Of a stretch of DNA of 64,000 bases, positions 12,244 to 25,974 are shown in pieces. Each line of letters opens with the position of its first letter. The stretch's first letter is position 1. Under the pieces are notes generated by a model. It had not been told where the DNA came from. It ran no database searches and was given only the letters and a program-made list of their open reading frames with translations. Source of the DNA: Cycas panzhihuaensis (taxonomy: Eukaryota; Plantae; Cycadophyta); assembly GCA_023213395.1 (NCBI GenBank), contig CM041465.1, positions 184,147,741 through 184,211,740 of the forward strand, in the 5' to 3' direction. The position numbers and the translations under genes are program-made.

Positions 12244-15200
12244 ATGGCTTTTATGCCTAGGATAACTCCCTCAATTAAAATTCCAGTTTTAAATAGCTTA
12301 AATTATACTAAATAGAAGGTTAAAGTATCTAATTAGTTTAAACAATAAAAGCTATGGTGATACATGACATGGGAGTTTTAAAAACCTATAAATATAATAT
12401 TACATGCCTACATTATCTATTTGATAAACTTAATGGAGCCCAAGGTGTCATCCTAACCTCTCTCTTACTAGATATATATAAGTAATTCACTAATTCAGAT
12501 GAACTTGCTATTGTTTAGGCAAAGTTAAAAGAAAAATATGATAAGGTTAACACCATATAAATTATTATACTAGAGTAAAAAATGTATGACTTAAAGTATT
12601 AGGATTTTTCTAGAGTTAAGGAGTTTCTATCTAATCTTTAACTCATAAATATAAATTTAGGAAACTGTAATAAGATAATTAAGAAAAGTAATGAAACTTT
12701 AACAATATCCCATGTAAAATATGGCGATATACTTGTTAGTCTTACTATCAATAAAATTCTAAAATATTTTAACTAATATAAAACTACTAAATAACAGTGT
12801 GGATACCCCACTATTACTTTTAATTAGCTTGCAAATTAACTAGTTGAATATCATTCCATGTTTATTTAAATAGGAGAAATTAAAGATCCTTCTCGTGTTA
12901 TTTTGTCCAACTCCAAATTATATAATAAATTAAAATAATCACAATAATAATCTCAAACCTCATAAATCATATAGAGGTTCTCCTTCAAATAATAATAATA
13001 ATCAAAATTCTAAACATCTAAGAATGTTTAATAATTATAACATATATTCAACACCTAGATAATCATATCAAATAAAAAATATTCATAAACCATGTTATAA
13101 CAAAAATATAAATTGTGCTTATTGCTACAAAAAAAGGCATACTATAAATGTTTGTAATAAAAGGTTAGCATTATAAATTTGAAAAGTTTTAAAAGGAATA
13201 TAATCAAGATCTTATGATTCCCTAATCACTTCTACTTCTACTTTTTTAGCACCCACCTCACTACCACCTTCTTAGATACTAGATTTTGGTGCTTCATATC
13301 ATATGATTGGACATTAAGAGTATTTATCCATTGATCACCTTGGTTCAAATTCTGAAGAGGAAATCTCTTTTGATAGTGGCTCCCAACTAAAGGTTGAAGG
13401 AGCAAGTGATGTTAATTTAAAAAATTATTCTATTAATTATGTATTTTATATTCCTAGTTTATTACCTAACTTGTTATCTATTTATCAAATCTACCAGAAA
13501 AACCTTATGGTTGAATTCTAAAAAGATGAGTTTATTATAAAATAGCCATTCAACAAGTTTAAATTAATTACCTCTAGACTTACTAATCACAAGATAGGTC
13601 TTTATAGTTTAACAAACTTAACATATTTAGTAAAATCTAAATCAGTCACATCTTTTATAACTAAATATGATCCTAGCAGTCATTTATGGCATGCATGTTT
13701 TGGCCATACAAGCTATGGCAAATTACATTTTCTAAATTAACATGGCTTAGTTTAGGGTTTTCTCTCTTTATCTAATGTATATGGTATTTATAAAGCTTGT
13801 GTTTTAGGCAAATAACACATAGAACCTTTTCCTTATTAAACTAAGTTTCAAGTAAAATCACCACTTGAACTTATTCATTCTAACATCTATGGTCCTTTTC
13901 AGATACTTTCATATTCTATTATCAAATATTTTATTACTTTTATTAATGATTTCTATAAAAAAATGTTGGGTATATATGCTAAAAAATTAAACTAAAGATT
14001 TTAATATCATTATTGAATTTTAAACCTTACTTGAAAATTAATCTAACCTTCAAATTAAAATTTTTATATCTAATAATACTAAAGAATATTTAAGTAATTA
14101 ATTTACATTTTTTTATAAAAAGAATAGAATTAGATTACAACATCTAATTGCTTATACTCCCTAGTAAAATGGTGTTATAAAATATAACAATTGTACATTA
14201 ATTAAAATGACTATATACATACTACATACAAAAAATCTAGATTTAAAATTATAGGCTAAAGTTATAACTTGCTCTAATTATCTTTTGAATAAGTTACCAA
14301 CTAAAGCTTTAAATAACATTACACTAGAACAAAAATCATCTTGTCATAAACCTTTAGTTAAGCACCTAAGAGTCTTTAGTAGCATTACTTGAGCACATAT
14401 TCCTAATGAAAATTGATAGAAATTTGATTCAAAGAGTGTAAAGTTTATATTTATTGGTTACAATAAAGAAAGCAAAGCTTACTGGTTATTAGATCCAATC
14501 ATGCATACTATTTTAATTATACGTGATATTACATTTAATGAAGAACAATCATTATCAAACTCTAATTCTAATCAAATTTCTCTTCTTGTTAAAGAAATTC
14601 TAACTAATAACATTCCATCTAGTTCATTAGAAAAATAAGTTGATAATGAAATTATTGAAAGTTTAGCAACACAAGTTTGAAATTGGACTTTAACTTATAC
14701 AGATGAATCTAAATTACCATCTTCTTCTACTCAACCTCAAAGAAGTAAATAACCTAAGTGGATTCAAAAACCCCTTTTAGTTACCAGTGCTAATGCTAGT
14801 AATTTATCAAATACTAAAAAATTTTAGATCTCAAAAACTATAGGCCAACTTTACTTTAATAACCAAAGTAATATCTAACAATGATCCTAATACTTTTTAA
14901 GAAGCTCATAACAATCTAATATAGAAATAAGCCATGCAAGCCGAATATAAGGCTCTTTTCAAAAACTCCACATGGAACTTAGTTCTTTTATCTTTAAGAA
15001 AGAATTTAATAGACTATAAATGGGTTTATCATATAAAATACAACTATGAAGATGCTATTAAAAATCACAAAGCTTGCTCGATTGCAAAAGATTTCTCACA
15101 AATAAATGGTATTTATTACACTAAAATCTTTACTTTAGTTATAAATATAAATATCATTAAAACCATTATTACCCTTGCAGCCAAGCTTAGCTAGCAAATC

Positions 15201-16420
15201 TATTAGATGGATGTAAATAATACTTTTCTTAATGGTGATCTTGATGAACAAATTTATATATCCTAACCTCCTAATTTTATAATTGGTTCTAACCTTGTTT
15301 GTAAACTTAAAAGGTCCTTATATGGACTTAATCAAGCCCCTCATCCTTAGTATACCAAAATAAATAAATATCTTAATCAAAATAGCTATATTAAATTTAT
15401 TAATAATCCTAACATTTACTTTAAATACAAAAATAATAATATTATTATTTTAATTTTATATATTGATGACATTATCATTATTAGATCTTTACTTTCTACT
15501 ATTTTTTAGTTGATATCTATTTTTATGAAATAATTTAAGATGACTAACTTAGGTCTTCTTTATTACTTTATAGACTTATAAATATGTCAATTTGATTCAT
15601 CAATTTATATATCTCAAACTAAATATATACTTGATTTAATTAAAAGATTCAATATAAAAATTTATAAACTAGCTCCCACTCTATTACAATCATGTGGTAA
15701 ACTATTAACTACTTATTAAACACCTCTTTATGATCTAACTTTATATTATCAACTCATTGGTAGTCTTATGTATTTAACTCATAACCATCCAAATATTTCT
15801 TATGATGTTGCTTTATGTTCTAGGTATATTCAATAACCACATAAATCACACTAGAAAGTAACAAAACATATTTTACAATATCTTCAAGGTACTATTCACT
15901 ATAATTTAACTTATAAATACTGTAACTTTGATCTTAAATTAATAGTTTATGCTAACTTTAATTAGGTAAGTGATTCTAATAATTAAAAATTAATAGTTGG
16001 GTATATTTTCTTTCTTAATAATTTACCCATTACTTAGGTAAGTAAAAAAATATAATCTCCTACTTTATCTACAATTGAAGTAAAATATCATGCATTAGTA
16101 GAAGCTAATAAATAATCTTTATGGAATAAATCATTCTTAAGTAAACTTGGTTTATTTTCTACATATTTTGTTTAAATAAAAGTAGATAATCAAGGAGGTA
16201 TTACAATTGCAACTAATTTTATGACTCATTATAGAACTAAACATATTGAATTATATTAATATTTTATTTTTAATCTTATTAATAATAATACTATTAATCT
16301 TTCTTATTGTCCCATAGATTTATGTATTACATATATATTGATGAACATCTTATTGAAGCCAAGTTTGTCAAGTTATGCAATTCATTAAAGATTAATGAAG
16401 TCTTCATCAAAGAGTAATTA
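12244..16420 (+). pseudogene. C2 gag-pol remnant (heavily C>T/G>A decayed)
   Basis: Collinear with C1/C3 gag-pol throughout, e.g. ORF 14934-15194 (MQAEYKALFKNSTWNLV). Confidence 0.9.
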
Positions 16421-16487
16421 ACATGTTGAAGCCTTCATCATTTTTTTTTTTCCTTCTCTTTATATTGAAAATAACATTAAAGGGGAA

Positions 16488-16842
16488 TGTTAGAATTAAT
16501 GTTATCATATATTGATAAAGTGTAATTTTATCTTGTAATAAGAGTTAAAGTATTTAGTTTAGCATTATATTAAAAATTTATTGTATGGACCATTATCCAT
16601 TACAACATTTTTATATTGTCACTCTTATTAAAAATAAGAGTGGTATATCCCAAAAAAATCTACGGAAGAGAAAGAGGAAATGATGATCTCATAGATTATA
16701 TTGTATTATGCATTTTGATAATATTATACTACTATTTATGAGGTAGTTTTTCATCCTCTAAAGGGGTTTTCCACCTGTCCATATGTTGCCTAGTTGATTG
16801 AATTGTGCATTTAATATTTTTATTTAATCTTCCTCTCCAATA
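16488..16842 (+). repeat. C2 3' LTR
   Basis: PPT AAAGGGGAA then TGTTAGAA; family motif GGGGTTTTCCACCTG; ends CTCTCCAATA (cf. CTCTCCAACA in C6). Confidence 0.8.
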
Positions 16843-17459
16843 AAGTCCATGCACCATATTTAATTTATGCACTAATTAAAGACTTTGATAGTTCAAATTT
16901 CCTATTCTATTATGCTAGATACTATTTTTATTAAGTACAAAAGTATAAACTTTTTGAATTCTAGATTTGCCTTTCAAAATATATAAATCATCAATCATAT
17001 TAATTTTTATAATATCAATTCCATCTTCATTGGTGATTATAAACTTTTTATGATGGAGTTTGATCTTTATTATTTATTACCTTTAAGTCCTGGAATAAAT
17101 AGAATATTTTTAATAATTTTCTTTTTTCCTTCTTCAATGGAAATTAAAACTTTGCCAATCCCTTTAGCTTTAAGCATAATTTTATTTGGTTGTTTGACCT
17201 TTTACATTGGTCAATTAACAAAACCATTCTTTTCTTCCTATTACGTATTTGGTTGCACCTAAGTCCACAATCTAAATATTTCTTATATTGTTATAAATCA
17301 AGTATATTGCAAAAAAAGGCTTTTATTCTTCTATTTAGCTTCAATAGAGTGGAGTTATTCCTATGACCACTTTACCTCTTATCTAGCTATCTTTGATTTT
17401 ACCCATGTTATTGTTAGTTTTGACATGATTGTTAATGGTGTTATTGTGGTTATTGATTA

Positions 17460-17785
17460 TGTTGGGATTAACCCCAATGTTACTAAAGAATCATGTGCCT
17501 AGGGCCCCTCAAAGCCACCTTTGAGGCCCCCCAGGGCACCTAGAGCCTCCCAACAGCCACTTAGAGCTGACGCAACATTATTAAGGTATGTGCATTATTT
17601 ATTATTATTATTTTTTTAATATTGTTTAAATATTTGTTGGCTAATGTGCAGGTTGGGTGATGGCACTTGCCGCCTCCTTAAAATTCTATTTAAAAGGTGG
17701 GAATACCTCCTTAGTGTTTTTTAACACTGCCATTATTTGCAAAATATTTGTTAACTCAAGATGTTCTCAGTTTAACATCTCACTA
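17460..17785 (+). repeat. C4 5' LTR
   Basis: TGTTGGGAT...ATCTCACTA; similarity to the 3' copy ends after CACTA. Confidence 0.9.
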
Positions 17786-19369
17786 GCATCGGTTGATATT
17801 TGTTTATGTTGATCTATCTCTTCATATATTTAGTGAAAGTGTTGTATATGACTGCTTGTTGGATTCATGGCAAGCTCATCTATCTATTGGAGAAATTGGT
17901 TCGAAGTTTTGCCTTGTGTAGAAGAAGATCTCACTCTTTGAAGTCAGCATTCTATAAACTAGTTACAACTGCATTACCATGTTCTTCATACTTTTATATT
18001 TAGATATAAATAAATAAATAAATACTTACATCACTATATTCTTTATTTATGGCTCTGTTAATAATTTTTTAAAATTTTTCTTGGTTATAATTTTTCATAT
18101 GGTATACCATTCATAATGAATCTTACTTCATATTGAACCTTACTTCATATCGAATCCTACCAAAAGCATTTATATACCAAGATCTAGTCCTTCTTCGATT
18201 GATTGTATATACTGGAGATCTATGTAATAAGTTTACCAATGTGGATTGTCATAGACACCTACTATCTTTATTGATATTTGTTCTATAAATCACCTGTGTG
18301 GCATGCCTTGTCCATCGTTTCCTACAATACATAATAATGGTTTTCCTCCTTTGTACAAAAGGACTCCCTTTGTTGCTTACTGTGATCAAATGTCTCTCAG
18401 CCTAGGAATAAACTCAATGCAGTTCACTTAAGTGCTTCTTCTCCGTGAGACCTTATTCAATCTAATATCTGGGCCTCTCAATTCATTTGTGCTTACCTTA
18501 GGTGGCTCTTAGCTTCCTTGTGTGAGCTCTCAATCCACCCCAAAACATCACACCTCCTAATCTTTACATTTCTATGTAGAAAACTTATTTTCGATTAGAT
18601 CTCCCTACTGTGCTTGCATTAGGTGGCTCTTAGCTTCCCTGTGTGATAAGTGGTCATTCCTCAAAAGGACATACCCTATTAATACTGCACTAACCAATAC
18701 AAGGACTGTAGAAGTCACAATGCATGTGTGCGTCACCATTGCATCTCGGTGATCTACCATCGCTTACACTGCACTATCAACCCATATGCAGGCATGTAAA
18801 TCCAACGTATGTACACACGCCAAACAATACCTTCGTCGCCTCTGTCAATCTATATACACAGCCTTGCATTGACTATTGTAGTTTATTAGTTCCTCTTTTT
18901 TATTTTTATTCTTTAAATAAATATATATATATTGAAACCTTTTTTTCTACAGTGGAATCTTGGTGCCTAGATTTGAATTCATTCAATCTAATTTTACCTC
19001 CAAGTATACTACCAGGTCACCGGTTGAACTCAGTGCATTTTGACATTTATTATTTTTTTTATATACTACGTAAATAATATTAAGTTCTATTAAATTTAAT
19101 TATTTTTTATAATCTCTTAAATTTTAGGGTTTAAAGGCTTCAGCGCCCTTTAGTCTTAGCCCTCGATCACATTCTTTTCCACGTGACCTTTTGTTATCTT
19201 ATTAAAGGGATATTTTAACTTTATAAATATTTTATTTTATTTTATTTTTTTCTTCCTTAATACATAGGGTACCTGGCTAATTTCCTTAATATCTCTTCAC
19301 TAGGGTATTAATTTCTAACAAAACCTATCCTGTTGAGTCCAGAATTTTCTGGGCTATAGTTTAGACTAG

Positions 19370-20710
19370 TTATTTTCCATATTTCGAGCCGATTTGACAT
19401 GCTTCTAATCAATTTAAGTCAATTCTTTTTTTTAAAGCATTTTTTGAACTATTAACATAAAAGGTACTTTCTACTATTTTCATTATAACTTTTCTATTTC
19501 ACATCAGATTTCAGATCTGTCAGTTTCGTTAGGAAGCTAATTCATTCTCTTTGAATTAACATAGTTATTTATAAATTTTAAAGTGTTCTTATAGACTTTC
19601 AAATCCATCAAAGTTGAGGTACATAAAAGCTTCCAATTTATCATTATTGCATATTTTTATACACTATTTCTCAAGTTTATTAACTGAAAAGCATATTGAG
19701 CAGCTCTTTAAACTATATTTGATCATTTTACATTGTTCTATAATGTTTTTACTAGTTTTTCGTAATCTTTTGAGCCTACACTCCTGCTAAGCCTCAAAAA
19801 GAGGACCATATATTTTGTATATTAAAATCTTAACTTGTAGGAACCCATTCTCAAAATGGTTAGTTCCATTCAACAGATATTTTATTTATCTTCAAATTGG
19901 TATAATCTCACCTTAATTTGATATTGTTTAGTATAGCTTTAAAGCTGACTAACTTGAACATTCAAGATATCCCAATAGGCTTGTCCTCTTAACCTTTTTT
20001 TAAGAAGTTCTTTCTTTTATTTGTTACTGATCACTCATAATACATGTTTGAGCCATTCATTTGACTTTAATATAGCTTCTTTTAAGCTGATCTATAGCAA
20101 AAATTGATAATATACATCTAAAGCAAGTGACAAGCCAAGTGATCTTGCATCCTAAAATTGGTACAATTCATTTTTTTTGGAAGCTTCTTCTTCATATTTT
20201 TCATCTTTCTAAAGTGAAAATATACATATATATTTCAAATTTCCTGTACTATATATCTTCATCAAGACAAAAGGATTCCTTGCATTAAAAAAGAAAGTTA
20301 TTTTCTTACTCAAGTTTATGTTCATTCATTTGAAAAATCAAAAGCCTAGAGTTTTTTTTCTATTATTTTTCATCAAAAGTCTTATTTCATATCTGCATAG
20401 TTAAAACGATCTTAGTTACTTTCTAAATTTTCTCATATAATCATTATATTTTAAAGTATATCTGAAATTATACCTTATAAGTTCATCAATTTATTCTAAA
20501 GGCATACACTTATTGAAAGCATTTTTTCATTCATTATTGTTGAAAAGTTCATTTACTTACTGCACTTATAAAAGTTGCATCTAGTTGGTAATACCTTTTA
20601 CTTTTCAAAGGTATTTTTTACTTTCAAGGGCATTGCATTTTTTTGAAAGTAATTACTTGCATATTTCTTTCAAAGAGTTTATTATTTATTTTATCTTGCT
20701 TAGCAGACAT
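19370..20710 (-). pseudogene. Decayed antisense ORF of unknown function in the C4 leader
   Basis: Purine-skewed minus strand with long K/E/Q-rich protein-like stretches (MSAKQDKINNKLFERNMQ...; KKRLRGQAYWDILNVQVSQL; AAQYAFQLINLRNSV). Stops mostly fit CAA/CAG/CGA/TGG decay; at least one frameshift. Confidence 0.55.
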
Positions 20711-21424
20711 TATATTTCATTCAAGTTATTTCCTTTTTTTATAAAAAGAATCTTTCAAAACCTTAAGTAAGACCACACTAATAATTAATTTATTTTTCAC
20801 ATTAAAAAGGATAATCCTAAATTGAACCACCCTCTTTTTCTAGCCTTGCAAAGGGAATGGTTAAGACCCTTGAAGTTACCACCCTGCACACGCTAATCGG
20901 CCTACTCATATTGGATAAGAACAATCATTAGCTATCAAGTGTATTCAATGGCAGGCTTAGGTGTAGAACCTATTCCTTACATAGTGTTTGAAGACCAAGA
21001 CTAGACCTATAGAGGGTAAGTGCCTTAGTTCGAGAACCTTCACCGTTAGATATTTTGCTAGGCATAAGTTTAGTGCAGGTGGACTAACAACTCATGGGGG
21101 TGTAAAAATCTTCTTAACAACCTATGTACTGAGGTATATAGAGCTTAGCACTCACGTACTAGTATATTCGGTCATTGTTTTGCTATATGTGGGCAGGCGC
21201 CACTAAATAGGATAGTAATCGAAGGTTACCCTAGGAGAAACTTAAACTTAGAGCCTAGTAGCCTTAATAGGTACTAGTTCACTTATTCAAAACTTTAGGA
21301 AAAAACTTAAGTTACACTTGGCAGTAAATTTTAAAATTCAAACTCAAATATTTTTTTTTATATTCAAATTTTTTTTTTTTTTAAACCTATTTGTCATCTT
21401 TGATTAACAAAACTTTAGTTTAAT

Positions 21425-24400
21425 ATGACTTCTAGTTTTGGAAACATGATTATCCCCAAATTTGATGGAAATAGTTTCCTAAATTGGAGCAGGAGGATGA
21501 GACCCATCCTCACAACTAACGATATGCAGGAAATTATGAAGACATGTTACAATAAATTAGGACAGAATGCATCTGATGCAGCAAAGGCTACCTATAAGGA
21601 GAATGTCAAGAAAGGCAATGAAGCCTTAGCCCTTATTTTCTGCATAGTTGAAGACCATGTATTCCCATGAGTTAGTGAATCAGTTAAGTCTAAAGAAGCT
21701 TGGGACACCTTATAGCTAATATATGAAGGAGCAGCCTCCTCTAAATTATAGAACTTGAGGAGCAAGTTTGGAAATTTATGTATGATGCCCAATGAATCAA
21801 TAACACAATTTATAACCAAAGCCCAAGATATTATAAACCAAATAAGGTCACTTGGAGATACCCTAACTGAACAAAGGGTAGTTAAAAGACTCCTTATATG
21901 TATAGGAATTGTAAGACATTTTGAAATTGTGGCTACTAGTATAAGTATATCAAAGGATCTAAGTACTCTCAAAGTATAATAACTTAGTACCATGCTTATG
22001 TCTATACAAGAGCAGCAAAGTGTAAATGAATCTTTAAAATATGTCTTTGCTATAAAGGCCCACATTCAATCTAATTCCCAAGTAGATACCTCAAGGTAAA
22101 AGGAATCTCCTCTAAGAAGAAAAGGTAAAAATCCTCGAAGGAATATTAGACAAGACCCTCCACGATATCAAGCCCCTCACCAAAGGAGGCAAGGAGGACC
22201 CCAACAATATGAAGACCCTCTAAGAAATACTAATCAAATGAGATAATTTGAAAATCATCCTTGTTATCCAAATTGCCAAGGGAATTCTTAATCTTCAAGG
22301 TCAAATCAGGCATATCGAGACAACAGATTAAGAGACAACCATCCTTAATCTTATAAGGAAAGACGGAGATCTTTCAATATTGATCACTCTCATCTAAGAA
22401 GTAGAAGCTTAAGTTATGGGAGAAGAGATCCATTGTATTATACTTATTGCCATAGAAGTGGTCACAATGAAGATAAATGTGTTTCAGAACATGGACCACC
22501 ATCTAGGGGACATACTCCAAATTCATATGAATCAAAGGTTAATAACAGATTATTTCTATCCAATTTTTCTGCTAAGGAAGAAGACGATGATAATTGGTAC
22601 ATCAATTTAGGTTGCTCAACCTACATAACCCACAAAGAATATTTAATTCAGACCTTGGATAAAAATAGAAAATGGTCAGTCATGTTTGGAGACAATACCT
22701 CCCATGAATCAATTGGGAAAGGTAACGTAGCCTTGATAACTGATTTAGGTGAATATAGATACTTAGATGATGTCTTATATGTCCTTGCCCTAAGAAAGAA
22801 CTTCCTACCAATAGGGCAGATGATGGGATAAGATTACAAGGTGATTTTTGACAATGGCAAATGTGTTATCAAAGATAAAAGGAAAAATAAAACTATTGTT
22901 GCTAAAGGAAAAATGACTAAGCATCGTCTATTTAAGCTTATCCTCACTCCTTCAGATATCTATTCCCTCAAAACTTCAACTACCATGGATAGTAATTTGT
23001 GGCATAGAAGGTTTGGTCATCTTAATTATAATAGCTTACTCTTATGAAAAGGTTGCATATGGTTAATGGTTTACTACACATTGATATCAATAAAAACTTG
23101 TGAGGGATGCCTTCTTGGTAAACACCATAGAGAAAGCTTTCTGAATTATATCCATTGAGCATCTACCCCTGTTCAATTGATATGCATATATATTTGTGGA
23201 CCTATAACTACTCCCTCCTTAGCAGGTGAAAAATATTTTCTCATATTTATTGATGACTTCACAAGGAAGACATGGGTTTTCTTTCTAAAATATAAATCAG
23301 ATGCTTTCGATCACTTTGTTAACTTTAAAACCTTTGTAGAGCAATAAAGTGGATATCATATACTATCTCTAAGATCCGATAATGGGGGATTTACATCTAA
23401 TGCTTTCAAGGACTATTGTATCTACCATGGGATCAGGAAACAATTCACCACCCCCTACACCCCACAGCAAAATGGTGTAGCAGAAAGAAAGAATTAAACT
23501 ATCGTTGAAATGGCAAGATGTATGCTTAAGGATAAGAACTTGGGCCATGAATTTTGGGTTGAAGCAGTTCATACAGCTGTCTACCTACTCAATAGATGTT
23601 CCACCAAAGCACTTAGGTGGAAAACTCCAAAAGAAGCATAGATTAGTTATAAACCAAGTATATAACATCTCAAGGTATTTAGATGTCTAGCATATGGCCA
23701 TATTCTTGATAAAAGAAGAACCAAGTTGGATGACCATAGTGTCAAATATATCTTCATTGGCTATAGTGAATTTTCTAAATCCTACAAGGTCTATGATCCA
23801 AAATCAAGAAAAGTTATAGTGAGTAGAGATGTCAAGTTTAAGGAAGACACCTACTATAAAGATAATCAAGAAAAGAAGAAGGAGATTTCCATTAAATTTG
23901 ACACATTATATATGTCTAAATATGTGCCTTCTATGTGGAGAAGTATCTAGGAACCAACTAGGAAGAGAACTTCATCTCAACCTCCACCACAATAGCTACC
24001 CAAATGGTTTCATCGTAACCATGACTTGGAAAATATCTTGGATAACAATAGAAGATCCACACGCTCACATAGGGTCAACTTTACTCTAATGAGCAAGGTA
24101 CTCGAAACTCATGAGCCTCAAACCTTTGTTGAGACTAATCAATATGAATGTTGGCAAAAGGTCATGGAAGAGGAATATAAGTCCATTATTAAGAATAATA
24201 CATAGGAACTCGTTGACTTACCACCAAAGAAGAAAGTTATTGGCACCAAATGGGTCTATAAGACCAAGTTCTACTCAAATGGCTCCATCGATAAATATAA
24301 AGCTAAATTGGTTGCAAAAGGATATACTCAAAGAGAAGGCATAGACTATACAGAAACATTTTCCCCCATTGCTAGGATGGAATCTATTCGAATGATGATG

Positions 24401-25648
24401 AGTTTAGTTGCCCAAACAGGTTGGAAAGTTTATCAAATAGATGTGAAAAGTGCTTTCCTAAATAAATATATCAAAGAAGATATCTATGTAACTCAACCCC
24501 TCAGTTTTGAAGTCATGGGAGAAGAGAACAAAGTGTATAAGTTAAAAAAGGCACTATATGGTCTAAAACAAGCACCTAGGGCTTGGTATTCCTACATAGA
24601 CAAGTATTTTAGAGATTAAGGGTTTGAGAGATCTCAAGTAAATTTAAACTTATATGCTCAAATCAAGGGAAGTTTAATCTTGATTGTAGGTATTTATGTG
24701 GATGACCTAGTCTATACTAGAAATGACTCCTATCTTTTACATCAATTTAAGGATGCTGTATGTAAGGAATTTGAAATGACAGACTTAGGCCTCATGCATT
24801 ACTTCCCAAGATTAAAAGTTTGGTAGGACAAACAGGGAATCTTCATCTCTCAATGCAAATATATATTAGATCTGCTACAAAGGTTTAGAATGATAGATTG
24901 CAGACCATTGGCAATCCTAGCAAAAACTGGAATAAAACTATCTAAGATGGATGATTTGACTTCGATTGATCTAACTCTATAGATTTCATCACAAATTTAA
25001 CGTATTTAACATCTACTCGACTAGATATAGCGCACTCAGTTAGTGTTGTGTCAAAGTTCATATAGGATCTAAAGACCTTCCATTGGTAAGCTACCAAGAG
25101 AATCCTTAGATACCTTAAAGGGACTCTACACTTTGGGTTATATACAAAGCCACATCCAAATTTCAGTTGATTGGTCACATAGATTCAGATTGGGCAGGTA
25201 ATATTGATGATAAAAAGTTTACAATGGGTTATGTATTTAGTATGGGATCAGTAGCAATAGCTTGGAGTACAAAGAAGTAAAATACCATCTCCTTATCCAC
25301 AAATAAGGTAGAATATAAAGCAGCAATTACAAGAGCTTGTGAATCAATATGGCTAAGAAGACTTTTACAAGATTTTTAGATTAAACAACAAGGTCCCACT
25401 AGAATTTGGTGTGACAATCAAAGCACTATCTAAATGGCCAAAAATCTAGTATTTCATGGCAGAACAAAACATATTGAGACTCAACACCACTTCATTCGGG
25501 AACTTGTCTAAGTAGATGAGATCGAGTTAGCTTATTGCGGCATTGAATATCAGACAACAAATATTTTTATAAAGGCTTTGGGAAAGATCAAATTTGAGAA
25601 GTTCAAAGAAAATTTGGGAGTCATCCACATTGGGCTTATGGGGGAGAA
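21425..25648 (+). pseudogene. C4 gag-pol remnant
   Basis: IIPKFDGNSFLNW (gag), YCHRSGHNEDKC (zinc knuckle), WYINLGCSTY (PR), [27 protein letters not shown] (INT), QIDVKSAFLN, IYVDDL (RT), RTKHIE (RH). Confidence 0.93.
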
Positions 25649-25974
25649 TGTTGGGATTAACCCTAATGTTACTAAAGAATCATGCGCTTAGGGCCCCTCA
25701 AAGCCACCTTTGAGACCCCCTAAGGAACCTCGAGCCTCCCAATAGCCACCTAGAACCGATGCAACATTATTAAGGTACATGCATTATTTATTATTATTAT
25801 TTTAAAAATATTATTTGAATATTTATCGACTAATGTGCAGGTCAGGTGATGGCGCTTGCCACCTCCCCAAAATTCTGTTTAAGGGGTGGGAATACCTCCC
25901 TAGTGTTTTTCAACACCACCATTGTTTGGAAATTATTTATTAACTCAAGATGTTCTCAGTTTAACGTCCCACTA
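25649..25974 (+). repeat. C4 3' LTR
   Basis: TGTTGGGAT...GTCCCACTA. Confidence 0.9.

Larger units (their letters stand above)
3097..16842 (+). mobile_element. Old Ty1/copia element C2 (5' LTR lies upstream of the window; leader interrupted by LINE L-A and copia C1)
   Basis: gag-pol from ATG 12244 is homologous to C1/C3; PPT and 3' LTR at 16488. Leader block 3997-4146 resembles 53517-53675 in the leader of C6, whose LTR resembles this 3' LTR. Confidence 0.75.
17460..25974 (+). mobile_element. Ty1/copia element C4 with TG...TA LTRs and a 3.6-kb leader
   Basis: About 326-bp direct repeats at 17460-17785 and 25649-25974; PPT GGGGGAGAA; complete copia-order gag-pol remnant. Confidence 0.92.

Noticed and set aside
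17780-17786. Helitron-like CTAG end and A|T insertion for C4
   Set aside because: No Rep/helicase and no TC start; the element has LTRs, a PPT and a normal-looking DDE integrase.
21592-22065. 157-aa minus-strand ORF
   Set aside because: Antisense shadow of C4 gag.
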